Part shown: positions 41,334-53,300 of the stretch, one piece after another
Numbering within the stretch: the stretch's first letter is position 1
Layout of the letters: the number at the start of each line of letters is the position of its first letter
Program-made: the position numbers and the translations under genes
Notes under the pieces: generated by a model
What the model was told of the DNA's origin: nothing
Database searches by the model: none
Seen by the model: only the letters and a program-made list of their open reading frames with translations
Assembly (NCBI GenBank): GCA_963849325.1
Contig: CAWKHF010000002.1
Location: 1-64,000, forward strand
Direction: 5' to 3'
Source: an uncultured Planctomycetota bacterium
Lineage (GTDB): Bacteria > Planctomycetota > Planctomycetia > Gemmatales > Gemmataceae
DNA length: 64,000 bases

Positions 41334-42863
41334 CTATCCCGCCGCTGTCTTCGGAAGGTACTCGTTTCGGAGCAGCCGTGGAGGATGGTGCAGTAACTCG
41401 GGGTGGAACAGACCGAGGCGCGTGCGCCGCAGCAGGAAGTCGGCGGGCGCCAGCGCCATCTCGTGGTCGCGTTGGTAGGCGAACTCGGCGAGCAGGTCCG
41501 GTTCCTCGGCCACGACACGCCGCCCCAGCGCGGCGTCGCGGTCGAGGTAATCCACAACCTCCACGGCACGCCGCCCATAGCGTTCGACAAGATGGCGGGC
41601 GGTTTCATCGCCGAGGTGGTGTCGTGCGGACAGGGAGGAGATCGCCGCCGGCGCGAAGCGCTCCCACGACTGTTCCGGAGCGCCGTCCAGGCGGAAGGAG
41701 CGTGTGCGACAGGGCCGCGACAGGCCGAGGCGACGCACAACCGTATCGGTGATGATCTCGGCCATGTGTCGATAGGTCGTGTACTTGCCGCCAGCGACGG
41801 TCAGCAATCCCGAAGGCGACGTATGAATCTGGAACTCGCGCGACAGGTCTGATGGCTCGCCCGGCCGCGCTCGGATCAGGGGCGCAGGCCGGCGAAGGAG
41901 CCAAGCACGTCCGCGCCGGACAGCGGCGGGGCGAAGTAGTGATTGAAGCCGTCCAGCAGGTACGCCCCGTCGGCCGGCGTGACGCGCAGGTCATCGGGCG
42001 AATCGTCGCAGGCGGTGTCGGTGGTGCCGAGTAGGGTCTTGTGCAGCCAGGGGATGACGAAGAAAACGCGGCCGTCGGCGGGGTGCAGCAGCAGGAACGC
42101 CGCCGACAGGCCGCGATCCGCCGCGATCAAGTGTACGCCCTTCGTCGGCCGCAGCAGCGGCCCGCCCTCGTCGCCGGCCAGGCGGCGCACGGCATCGCCC
42201 CACGGGCCGGTGGCGTTGAGCACCTGGCGAGTGGCTATCACCATCTCGCGGCCGCCGCGATGATCCAGCGCCCGCACCTCGCCCGCGGCGCTCGAAGCCG
42301 ATCGCCTCGACGTAATTGGCCACCATGGCGCCATGCAGCGCCGCCGTGCGCAGCACCTCCAGGCACAGGCGAGCGTCGTCCATCTGGGCGTCGAAATACT
42401 CCGCCCCGCCTTGCAGACTCATCGGTTGCAATCCGGGGAACTCGCGGCGCAAACGGGACAGTGCGAACGCCCGGCTGCGGCGAATGTTGCGGCCACCGGC
42501 GAGGAGGTCATAAAGGACGAGGCCGATCCGGAATTTCCAGGATGGCACGCGGGCCGCATTGTAGAAGGGCAGTACGAAGCGCAACGGCCGGACCAGGTGC
42601 GGCGCATTGCGCAGCAGCCGGCCACGTTCGTGCAGGGCTTCGTAGACCAGGTGGAAGTCGCCGTGTTCCAGGTAGCGCAGGCCGCCGTGGATGAGCTTGG
42701 ACGAGAGACTGCTGGTGCCGGAGGCGAAGTCGCCCTTGTCGATCAGAGCGACGCGCAGGCCGCGCAGCACGGCGTCCAGCGCGACGCCGGCGCCGGTGAT
42801 GCCGCCGCCGAGGATGAGCAGATCGAAAGGTCCGTCCGTGAGCGCCTCCGCCATCCGTCTCAT
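41334..42863 (-). CDS. glpD: FAD-dependent glycerol-3-phosphate dehydrogenase/oxidase (indels; start approximate)
   Basis: GGGITGAG, GTSSLSSKLIHGGLRYL, DDARL, NATGPW, KGVHL, GLRP, GGKYTTYR. Confidence 0.9.
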
Positions 42864-43094
42864 ACACTTTCTCCCGCGCGGCTGGTTTTGTCGTCCAAGG
42901 AGTTGGCCGGCAACATCGTAGTCAAACGCCGCCGATCCGCCAACCGCGACCTTCCGCGAGCGATGCCGAGCAAGACGGCGAACACGACGCTCCACCTGAC
43001 CGGGGCCGCCATCACGGTTTTGCGCGATAGAATACGCTTGCAACGGTAATGGTCTTTTCGGCCCTCTATCATCGAATGGAAGGAGAAAAAATCC

Positions 43095-43574
43095 GTGCCC
43101 ATCCAAAAAATTACGCCCTTCCTGTGGTTCGATCGTCAGGCGGAAGACGCGGCCGGCTATTACGTGTCGATTTTTCCGAATTCAAAGATTATCAAGGTAG
43201 TCCGCTACGGCGACGCCGGTCCTGGCCCGGCCGGCTCGGCGATGACCGTGGAGTTTCAGCTGGAGGGCCAGTCGTTTGTCGCCCTGAATGGTGGGCCCCA
43301 CTTCCACTTCACGGAAGCGATCTCTTTTGTGGTGAATTGCCAAACGCAGGACGAAGTGGATACCTACTGGGACAAGTTGTCGGCGGGAGGAGTCCAGGTC
43401 CAATGTGGCTGGCTCAAGGACAGGTTCGGGTTGTCGTGGCAAATCGTGCCGACCGTGCTGTTCGAATTGTTGAACGATCCCGACCCGGCAAAATCCCAGC
43501 GCGTCATGAAGGCGATGTTGACGATGAAGAAGCTCGACATCCACGCGCTGAAGCAAGCCTACGAAAAAACGTGA
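43095..43574 (+). CDS. VOC-family (PhnB / 3-demethylubiquinone-9 3-methyltransferase-like) protein
   Basis: KITPFLWF, ALNGGP, CGWLKDRFGLSWQIVP, MKKLDI. Confidence 0.92.
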   Translation: MPIQKITPFLWFDRQAEDAAGYYVSIFPNSKIIKVVRYGDAGPGPAGSAMTVEFQLEGQSFVALNGGPHFHFTEAISFVVNCQTQDEVDTYWDKLSAGGVQVQCGWLKDRFGLSWQIVPTVLFELLNDPDPAKSQRVMKAMLTMKKLDIHALKQAYEKT

Positions 43575-43773
43575 GACGAGGGTCGCGCCGGCCAGCGTCA
43601 CCCATCGCATCCCTTCCCTGGAGGTCGCATGGGCCGCCTGCGCATTATCGTTCCACACCGCGAGGGCGGCACGTGGGGATCGGGCGTTCCTCTTGCCAAG
43701 CGCGAGCCATCCCGTTAACTGACAGAAACGTCCGGCGGCCCTGGGCCGCTTCCTCGCCCGGGGAGGGAGACGA

Positions 43774-44352
43774 ATGCAACGTATCCTCGGCTTCGTGGTG
43801 TTGGCCTTCGTGGCCCTGGCGTGCGGCCCTTCCGCGAGCGAATCGACCGCGGCGGACGGCGACAAGGGCAAGGGCGTGCGTGGTGGACCTCGACGGCTTG
43901 AAGTCGCGGACGCCCGGCGACTGGAAGGAGGAAGCGCCGGCCAACCGCATGCGCTTCATGCAGTTCCGCTGCCCAAGAAAGGCGACGACAAGGACGATGC
44001 CGAGTTGGTCATCTTCAAGGGACTGGGCGGCGAGCAGCAAGGCCAACATCGAGCGCTGGAAGGACCAGTTTGTGCCGCCCGAAGGCAAGAAGATCGACGA
44101 CGTCGCCGAGGTCAAGGAGATCAAGATCGGCGACCGGCCGGCCGACCTATCTCGACGTGCAGGGCACCTACCAGTTCAATCCCCAGCCGTTCAACCCGCG
44201 CTCCAAGGCGGAGAAGAAGCCCAACTATCGCATGTTGGCCGATCTACTTTGAAGGCCCCAAGGACGTCTATCAAATCAAGCTGACCGGACCGGCCAAGAC
44301 TGTCGAAGCCTACAAGAAGGGCTTCGACGAGTGGTTGAAGAACTTCAAGTAG
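43774..44352 (+). CDS. Exported hypothetical protein (indels)
   Basis: Signal peptide; stitched frames give PGDWKEE...MR..QF.LP, ANIERWKDQF, IKLTGPAKTV...FDEWLKNFK. Confidence 0.65.
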   Translation: MQRILGFVVLAFVALACGPSASESTAADGDKGKGVRGGPRRLEVADARRLEGGSAGQPHALHAVPLPKKGDDKDDAELVIFKGLGGEQQGQHRALEGPVCAARRQEDRRRRRGQGDQDRRPAGRPISTCRAPTSSIPSRSTRAPRRRRSPTIACWPIYFEGPKDVYQIKLTGPAKTVEAYKKGFDEWLKNFK

Positions 44353-44372
44353 ATTCGCAGTCGTCAGTCCGC

Positions 44373-44420
44373 AGCCCGGAGTCGCAAGCGACGGTCTGTC
44401 CGTCGCTTCGCTCCGGTGCT
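44373..44420. repeat. Degenerate REP-like inverted repeat (AGCC family)
   Basis: AGCCCGGAGTCGCAAGCGACGG ... CCGTCGCTTCGCTCCGG. Confidence 0.6.
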
Positions 44421-44459
44421 GGTCGAGCTTAGGACTTTACTAGGAACGGAGAGTCAGCT

Positions 44460-45520
44460 ATCCGCATCGACGAGTTCGACTACGAGTTGCCGCCGGACCT
44501 GATCGCTCAGGAACCGTGCGCCGAGCGCGACCAGTCTCGTCTGCTGGTGGTTCGCCGCGGCGGGGAGGTGCTGGGGCATCATCCATTCCGCGACCTGCCC
44601 GGATTGCTCGAACCCGGCGATCTGCTGGTGCTCAATGACACGCGCGTGCTGCCGGCGCGGCGTGGTCGGCCGGCGTGCCCGCACCGAGGGCAAGTGGGAG
44701 GGGCTGTTCCTGCGCGCACGGCCGAGGGGACGTGGGAGTTGCTGTGTCAGACGCGCGGCCGGCTCATCGTCGGCGAAACGCTGCTCGTCGATGGGCCGGA
44801 CGGCGAATGCCGCGTGTCCGCCGCTGCGGTTGTGTCTGGTGGGCAAGACGCCGGCCGGCCGCTGGCTGGCCCAGCCGGGCGAGCCGGGATCGAGCCGCCG
44901 AGTTGCTGGCGCGGTATGGCCGCGTGCCGCTGCCGCCGTACATCCGCAAGGGCCGCGCCGCCGAGCGCGACGGCGAACGCTACCAGACCGTGTACGCCCG
45001 GCACACGCGGAGCGGTGGCCGCGCCGACCGCCGGACTGCACTTCACGCCAGCCGTCTTCGAGGCAGCTGCGACAGCGCGGCATCGAACGAGCTTTCGTGA
45101 CGCTGCACATCGGGCCGGGCACGTTCCAGCCGGTGCAGGTCGAAGACGTGGCCGAGCATCAGATGCAGGGCGAATGGTGCGAGCTGCCGGCCGCGACGGC
45201 GGAGGCGATCAACGCCTGCAAGGCGCGCGGCCGCCGCGTCGTGGCCGTCGGCAGCACCTGCGGTGCGCGTGCTGGAGACCGTGGCCCAGCAGGGTATGCC
45301 GCTGACGGCCTGGTCGGGTGACACCGAGTTGACCATTCGTCCGCCGTTCGATTTCCGCGTCGTCGATGCGCTGGTCACGAATTTCCACCTGCCGCGCTCC
45401 AGTTTGCTGCTGCTCGTCGGCGCCTTCACTGGCATGGACTCGATGCGCCAGGCGTACCGAGCCGCCGTCGAGCAGAGGTATCGCTTCTACAGCTACGGCG
45501 ACGCGATGCTGATTCTGTAA
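44460..45520 (+). CDS. queA: S-adenosylmethionine:tRNA ribosyltransferase-isomerase (indels; start approximate)
   Basis: [62 protein letters not shown]. Confidence 0.93.
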
Positions 45521-45531
45521 CGGCGTGGCTC

Positions 45532-46373
45532 ATGGACAATCGCATTCGTCAAATCGAGGTGCGCGACCGCTCGCTGATCCCGGCCGAGGCGGAGGTGTGG
45601 ATCACCGTGACGCCCGAGCATCACACGCCAACGACGGAAGTGCGCGGCCGGCTCATGGGACCGCGCTGTCCGTATGCCAGCACGGTCGAGGTCGCCTATC
45701 CACCTGCGGCCCCTGCCGCCGGGCCAAACGTCGCCGGGGCCGACTGGCCTGACGATGCGCGTGGTCATTCCCGAGGCGTCCTTGTGGGAGCCGGAAAGTC
45801 CCTTTCTCTACCAGGGACCGATTGAACTGTGGCAGGACGGCCGCCGCTGCGATCAGGTCGTGCTCAGCCACGGTCTTGCGTTCCTTCCTGCTGAGCGAAC
45901 GCGGCCTGCGCGTCAACAGCCGGCCCTTGACGCTTCGCGGCCGATTCGTCACAGCCTGCTCCGACGAGGACGCCCTCGCTCTGCGGCAGGCCGGATACAA
46001 TTTGCTCGTCGCCCCTGTCGAGACCGGCTACGCTGTCCGTGTGGGAGCAGGCGGATCGCCTCGGCTTCTTCGTGCTCGGCCAGCTTATGGATGACAGCGA
46101 GGAGACACTGCGACTTCTGGATTTGCTGGGCGATCGGGCAAGCTGTCTCGGCTGGCTCCTCGACGAGGGGCGACATCCTCCTCTGGATCGCCTACCGGCG
46201 GGAAAGCTGCTGGGATTGATCGCCGATACGCCCTCGCCGAACCGTCCTTGTCGATGGCCCATTTCCTGGTTGGCCCGACGGGGTTGGCGAACCTCGGCAA
46301 ACCTCTGCTCGTAATCGGAGATATGCCGGCCGATCCGCCGCAAACGCCGGCGATCCTGGGCAGCCTGTCGTAG
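45532..46373 (+). CDS. Hypothetical protein with a degenerate GH2-like (Ig + partial TIM barrel) region (indels)
   Basis: LWEPESPFLY...HGLR...VNSRPLTLRG...LRQAGYN...ADRLGFFV. Confidence 0.55.
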
Positions 46374-46569
46374 CGGTCGTGCGGGTTGCACAACCAATAC
46401 AGGTTGTACATCCCTCAACCGATCCGGAGTCTTCCTTTCAACCGGCAGAGTTTTCCCTGACGGAGAGGTTTCCCCAATCTGATAGGATGGTACATTAAGA
46501 CGTACTCCCGCTCGCAGCCTGTCTCCGGCGAGCGGCACGATGGCCCGCCATTTCGGGAGGAAGCATCCG

Positions 46570-49500
46570 ATGTGGTCCTCGCCAGGCAGGTATGCGGCCC
46601 TGCTGCTTCTGTGCGCGGGGATGGTGCTGCCGCTGTACTCCGAGGAGGCGCCCTCCGCCCGGCAGTCCGCCCCCGGCAAGACGAACGGCTCGGCGGACAA
46701 GAAGTCCACGTCCGCCGTCATGCCGGCCGCCGACAGCAAGACGACTGACGTCGAGCAAAATCGACTGGCCGTCGCTGCCCGCCGAGGCCATCGTCGTCGT
46801 GTGCGAGCACGCCGCCGAGGCGCTTCCGTCTCGTCCCCGACGCCATCGTCTTGAGTCCGAAAAAGTATCAGGAGCTGCTCGATGAGATCGCCCGCCTCAA
46901 GGGCCAGCTTCACGTCCGACAAGCCGGTCAGCGCCCAGCAAGTGCCATCTCAAGGGCAAGGTCGAGGGCAACGCGGTCCTGCTGACGGCCCAGTTCGAGG
47001 TGGTGACGGATCGACCCAACGCCGTGGTGACACTGGCCTGTCCGCAGGCAGGGGCCGCCTCCGCCCAGATCGACGGGCGAGTGCCGTTCCTGCGTCGATC
47101 CGACGCCACCGGTTTTTCCGTTCAGATCGACAAACCCGGCCGTTATCCGCTTACGCTCGAACTGTTCGTGCCGCTGGCGGCGCGAGAAGGCAACGGTCGC
47201 GGCTTCGAGTTGACCTTGCCGCGCGCGGCCATCACCACGCTCGACCTGGACCTGCCCGCCAACGTCAAGGACGTGCGCGTCGGCGGTCAGCCCCTGAGCG
47301 AGCCACAATTGGCCGGGTTGACCTTGAAGAATCAGTCATCTCAGCGGCAGTCCTAGCCTTCGGCCGGTGGACAAGCTCGATCTGGCCTGGAGGGAGGTCC
47401 GCCCTCCCTCCGGCGTCCCCGTCCTGACGGCCGAGGGGAACATTCAGGTCCGGCTCGACGCCGCCGGGCTGACCACCGAGGCGGAGTTGCTGCTCCAGAT
47501 CGAGGGCGCACCGGCGAGCGTCTGGCGTCTGCTGGTGCCGCTGGGGTCCGAGGTCAAGGTCGTCCCGTCCGACGATGCGCGCGTCCAGGCCAACATCGAG
47601 ACGGCCAACCAGAAATTCGCCTCGCTGCGGACGATCCACTTGAAGAAGCCCCAGCGTCGATCCCCTTCGGGTCCAGGTCAAGGTCCACGCGCCCTTGCCG
47701 CGGAACGGCTCCCTGGTTGCGGTCGGCCCGTTTTTCGTCCTCGGCGCGGCCCGGCAGACCGGCACCATGCTGGTGCGCAACCAGGTGCGGCACCTGCATC
47801 TGGACTACCACGAGCACGGCGACCTGAAGCTGCGCAAACTCCCCGACGAGCCGGGCAGCGATGCCGCCAGCGTGGTAGCGGCCTTCACCTACGGCAACAT
47901 CCCGATGGTCGAGAAGCCGCAGGGCGTCACCGGGCCCGGCTCGTTGTCCTGGCTGGACCTCGAAGCGGAGACGATGCGCAGCCAGGTACGCACCCGCGTG
48001 ACCCATACGCTGACGCTGCGGGCCTCGCCTCCACCCTCCACCGCAACAGTAGGCGAGAAGGGAGCGAACGACGTGCTGCGCTGGGACATCACCACGGTCA
48101 TCGCGCCGGCGACGAAGTGGAGCGACATCGAGCAGCTCAAGGTCATGGTCCCTCCCGAGTGGTCCCCCGCCGAGGAGGGTATCCCCCCAATGGGACAGGA
48201 AAAGGACCATTTTCTGCTGTTTCGGTCGTCCGCGCTGCTGCGCGAGGGGCCGAGTCAGCCTGTGCGGATGGAAGGACGTTACGAAACGCTCTGCAAGACA
48301 GAAGGTCGCGCCGTGCTGAAACTGCCGCGACCGCAGGGCGTCGTCGAGCCGTGTGAGGTGAGGATCGACGTCCCTAAAGGCAGCGAGTTGGTCCTGCACA
48401 ATGCCGAGCCGGCCGACCTGGAACTGGTCAAACAAAACGGGACGAACGAGCAGACCTGGCGTCGCCGGCACGTGTCCGCGGATTGGCCGGGGATCGACGT
48501 GAGCTGGCGGCCCTATCGGCCGGAGCTGGACGTCAAGTCGGTAGTGGACCTGACTCTACTCGGCCGTCACGGCGAGGTGCGGCAGGAGATCCATTGGCAC
48601 TCGCCGCAGGGGCTGCCCGATTCCATGAGCCTGCGTGTGCCGCCGGCCGTTGGCGACAGCCTGCGCATCGTCGAGGGCGGCAGCTTGCAAGTCCCCCGCG
48701 ACTCCGCCGCCGGTTCGCGCGGACAGGTCCGCCTCGTCGTTCCCGCGAAGGCGGGAGAGGCGGATTGTCGCGTGGTGCTGCAATATACGACCGCGCTGGG
48801 GGACAAGGGCCAGCCGCCGCGGACGGGCGAGCCGTTCGCGGTGCCGTTGGTGGTGCCCGAGCAGGCGACGCGCGGGGAAGTCAAGGTGCGTGTCTGGAGC
48901 GAGCCGGGCGTCGCTGCCTTTGCCCTCGGGCGATCCGCCGTGGGACGAGCGGAGCATCGAGGAAGTCAAGGACCGCCACGACTTGCCGGTCCTTGTCGTG
49001 CAGGCGCCGCGCTCGATGCGCCGCTCGTCCTCCGCGTCGGTGAACCGTCGCCGGTGTTCACGGTCCTCGTCGAGCGCGCCCTGGTGTGCGTGCAACTGCT
49101 GGAAGGTGGCGGCCAACAGTACCGCGCCCGTTTCCAGCTGCGTCACCTTGCCGGCCCGTACCTCGATGTCCAGTTGCCCGGCCCGGTGCTGACGCTCAAC
49201 GTGCAGGTGACGCTGAACCGCCGGCAAGTCACGCCGGACATGGTCAACGAGTCCGGCCAGCGAACCGATGGCGGCAGCATCGCCCGCCTCCGTCTCGGGC
49301 CGGACTTGGTGCGTCAGACGGCGCTGCTGGACGTGTCCTACCAGTTGCCGACCGGACGCACCGGCGGAAGCCCGCTCCGTGCCACCCTCCAGCCGCCCTT
49401 GTTGCGCGGTGCCCCGGCCACTGTGCCGACGCGCTGGCAGGTCGCCGTCCCGTCCAACCGCGTGCTGCTCGCCCCCGAAAGCGCGGCGGGTATCGAACAC

Positions 49501-50104
49501 GCCTGGGCGCGGCGCGGCTGGCTGCTGGCGACGTGCCTCAACCGCACCGGCGCCGACCTCGAACGCGAGTTCGAGGAATCGCTGCCGACGGAGTTGCGCC
49601 ACGGCGACGAACAACTTCCGGGCGAAGGCCAGACAACTCCCACGCTGGTGTGCTGGCAGGACAGCGTCGAAACCCTTACCGTCACGCACGCCCCGCGGCA
49701 AGCGTGGTTGTTGGTGTGTTCGCTGGGCCTGTTGATCCTTGGCCTGGGTCTGTACTGGGCGGCGCGGCCGTCGTCGGCGGACAACGGGCGAATGGCCGCC
49801 GTGGTTGTGGCCGATTCTTGCCGTGATGGCCCTGGCGGCGGCGGTCGGCTTCCTGATCTGGCCGACGGCGCTCGGGGACGTCGTCTATGGCTGCGAGCCG
49901 GGCGCCCTGGTGCTGCTGTGCGCGATCGGCTTCCAATGGCTGATGCACCGGCGCTATCGCCGGCAAATCGTCTTCTTGCCCAGTTTCAGTCGCGGTCGAA
50001 CCGGCTCCTCCCTGCTCCGCAAAAGCTCCGCGGCCCAGCGGCCGCAGACCGCCGAGCCTTCGACCGTCGATGCGCCCCCGCCCGGCAGCGAAGTGATAAG
50101 GTGA
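46570..50104 (+). CDS. Large exported/membrane hypothetical protein (about 1180 aa, several indels)
   Basis: RBS GGAGG; signal peptide; continuous coding-like frames (47000-47356, 47367-, 47695-, 49739-50104); C-terminal TM cluster and RRYRRQIVFLPSFSR tail. Confidence 0.7.
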
Positions 50105-50111
50105 CGGCGGA

Positions 50112-50318
50112 TGACAAGGTGACAAGGTGACAAGGTGACAAGGTGATGAAGGGCACTCTCCTTTTGCCCACCAGCCCGGAGCGCCAGCGACGGATGATTG
50201 CACAGACTCGTTACTCCTGCGCCTCGCTCCGATTTCTCTCGCTCGCGTGTATCACGTTGGCGTTGTGTGTGCTTGTCACCTTGTCACCTTGTCACCTTGT
50301 CACCTTGTCACCTTGTCA
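50112..50318. repeat. Octamer tandem repeat in inverted arrangement (TGACAAGG)4 ... (CTTGTCAC)~6
   Basis: Arms at 50112-50146 and 50272-50318; an AGCC-type REP arm is nested at 50173-50193. Confidence 0.9.
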
Positions 50319-53300
50319 AGGCGAAGAGACGAGCCTACCGCCCATCCGCCGTCAGCTGCTCAGCGCGGAGCGGCTGCCGCAGGAGCTGAAGCGCGTCCAG
50401 GACGGCGTTCTCGGTCCGCCTGCCGCTCGCCGAGTTCGATGCGCGGGTCGAGAAGGCGGTGCGGGCCGGCGCGCGCCCAGGACCCCGCCGCGTCTGCTGG
50501 AGTCGCGCTATCACGCCGCCCTCCAGGGCGAAGCGCTGATCGGCGATGGCCAATGGAAGCTTCTCCACACCGGATCGAGTCCGGGGCTGATGAACCTGGA
50601 GCCGTTCAACCTGGCGCTGCGGCAGGCGCGGTTCGAGAACGGCGACGCCCTCGTCGCCGCCTTCGACGACAAGACTCCCGCCCTGCTGGTCGAGACGGCG
50701 GGCGAACAGACGGTGTCGCTGGAATGGTCGGCTCGCGCCGAGGCCGACCCGGAAGGGTTGCGCTTCCGTCTGGAGGTGCCGCCCTGCCCGGTCGCGCTCC
50801 TGGAACTGGACGTGCCGGCCGGGCCGCGCCGTGACCTTGCTCGGGGCGGGCGACGATTCGCTCCTGCTGTCCGGACCGTACGCGGCGGAGGCTGCCGAGC
50901 TGCGCCGCTGGAAGATCGTCTGGCGCGGACGCCGCACAGTCGATTTCCGCATCCGGCCCGGCGGATCGCCCGACGGGCGGCGCCGAGCCGGCGACCGTCG
51001 CGTTCGTGCGTCAGAAGACGACTCAGAAGCTGTACCCGCGAAGGATTGGACGCTACCTTTGAGCTGACGCTGGAATGCGTCGGACGCGCGGGGTCCGCGA
51101 ACTGGTCTGCGAATGCGATCCGGAGCTGCGTCCTCGCGACGTGGTTGGCCCGAGCGTGGACGGTTACTCGTTTCAGGCCGGGGACGGCGGCACACCTTCC
51201 CGCTCTGACGATCCGCCTCCGCGAGCCAATCCGCGAGGGGACGTGGCAAATCTCCTGTCTGTCTCCGCTGAGAACGCGCCGGCACCGGCAGGATCGGCCC
51301 ACGCGGTCTCGTGGAGAAGTCCCGGACTCCGCCTGGTGGGCGGCGTGCCGCGCGGCGAGACGCTGGCACTGTGGTTGCACCCCGAACTGCGCGTCGAGGG
51401 TTGGCACCCCGGCGGTTTCCGGCTGGTCAGCTCACGATACCGAGCGGCAGACGGGCATGCAGCACCTGACGCTGGTGGGCGGCGGTCTGGGGCCGGAAGG
51501 GGCGGCCGCCAACGCGCCGCCGCGACGACCGGAGGCGCGAGTCCAGGCTTATGGGGTCGAGTTCCGCGCCCGCCAGATCGCCTGGTGGCGCTGCGACGCC
51601 GCCGGGATGACGCTGACCTTGCAGATCGGCTACGAGGTCAGCCAGGGCCAGCTCTTCCAGTTGCCCGTCCTGCTGCCGGCCGGATGGACCGTCGAGCGCG
51701 TCGAGATGAGTCCGGCCCGGCTGCTGCTCAACTCGCGCGTCCGCACGACGGCGGGGCGATCGACCTTGTACGTCGATCTCGCCCGTCCCCTGGTTTCCGC
51801 CGAACAGGCCCGGCGCGAAGGGCAAGCCGATGCCCGAAAGTTCTGGTGATGGACGCGCCGCACCCTGTCGCACCGGGGCGTTCGCGCGTGCCGACCCTGA
51901 CGGTCTCATCTGCGACCGGGATGGCCCGGTCCCGTGACCGGCCGACCGCTGCCCTTCCCCGATGCCGTGCCGCTGGGAGCGCGCTTCCGCGAAGGCGTCC
52001 TCGCCCTGGAGTGCGACGAGCAACTGTTCCATCTCGACGTGCGGACGACGGCGGATCGGTCGGATCCGGAGGAGGACGGCCCGTGGGGCAAGCAGCTTCC
52101 CGAGTATTCCTACCGCTATCGCGGCCACGCTCTGTCGGGAACGCTGCTCGTTCAGCCGCGGCCGCCACGCCTGCGGGCCAAGTGTAGTAGTGAAGTCTTC
52201 GTCGCCTCGGGCCGGGCGGCGGTCGAGACGCATCTGCTCGTGGAAGCCGAGGTCGGCAGGCCGGACACGATCGACCTGCTCCTGTCGGAGAGCGACGGCG
52301 AACCGTGGCAGTGGCAGAATGAATCGGCCCGCCGCGACGGTGCATCGAGCGGCAACCTCGTCCGGCGGGCCGAACGGCTGTACGCGGTGGAAGCGGCCGG
52401 CGCCTTGCACGGTCTGGCCGCGCGCACCCCGCTGCAGGCGGCTATCCTGCTCGCCGCCCGCCCCGTGGGCGAACGCTGGCGTCTGACGCTGGCCCGGCCG
52501 CTGCGGACGCGCGAGCCGCTCCGCCTGCGCGCCATGCGTCCGCTGCGGCCGCGCGACGAACGCTGGCACGTACCGCTGCCGGTCGTCCTCGGCGCCGGCC
52601 GGATGGAAGGCGAAGTCACCTTGCACCTGGCCGGGGCTGACCTGGTACAGATTCAGACGGTCGGTCTGCGCGAGACGGCCCCGGCTGCCTCCGACGGCCC
52701 GACACCGTGGCGGACCTTCCGCTACGGACAGGCCGAGGTCGCCCTGACCCTGTGGGGCCAGACCCTGACGGCCGGACACGCCAGCGAGGCCGCGATCGAC
52801 CGTGCCCGCCTCACTACCTACGTCGGCGCCGGCGGCGTTGTGCAGCACCATTTCTCCTTCCAGGTCGCCAACTGGGCGCAGCGCACCTTGCCGTTGCGTT
52901 TGCCGCCGCACTGCCGTCCCGTGGCCGTGCAGGCGGACGGACACTGGCTGCCGCTTCTGGTGTCCTCCGCGCCGGTCCCCGACCGGAGCGACTCTTCCGA
53001 TTCCGGCGATGCGGAGGAACTGAACTTGCCGGTGCCCGGCCGCGACGGCGCGACGGCCGCCGAGACGGTCCACCGTTTCGACATCGTTTATACGCATGCG
53101 CCGCCGTCGTGGCGGCCGTGGCAGTCCGTGGCGGCGCCCGCTCCGGTCCTGCCGGTGACGCCGCTCTCCTTCCGCCGCAGCTGGCGTTTGCCCCCCAACT
53201 GGAGACCGCTGCACGATGGATCGTATCAACCCCTGCCCGGCACGGATAGCGAGGGCGAGCCGTCCGCGTTGCCGCGCCACGTCTCCGACCTGTTCCAGTT

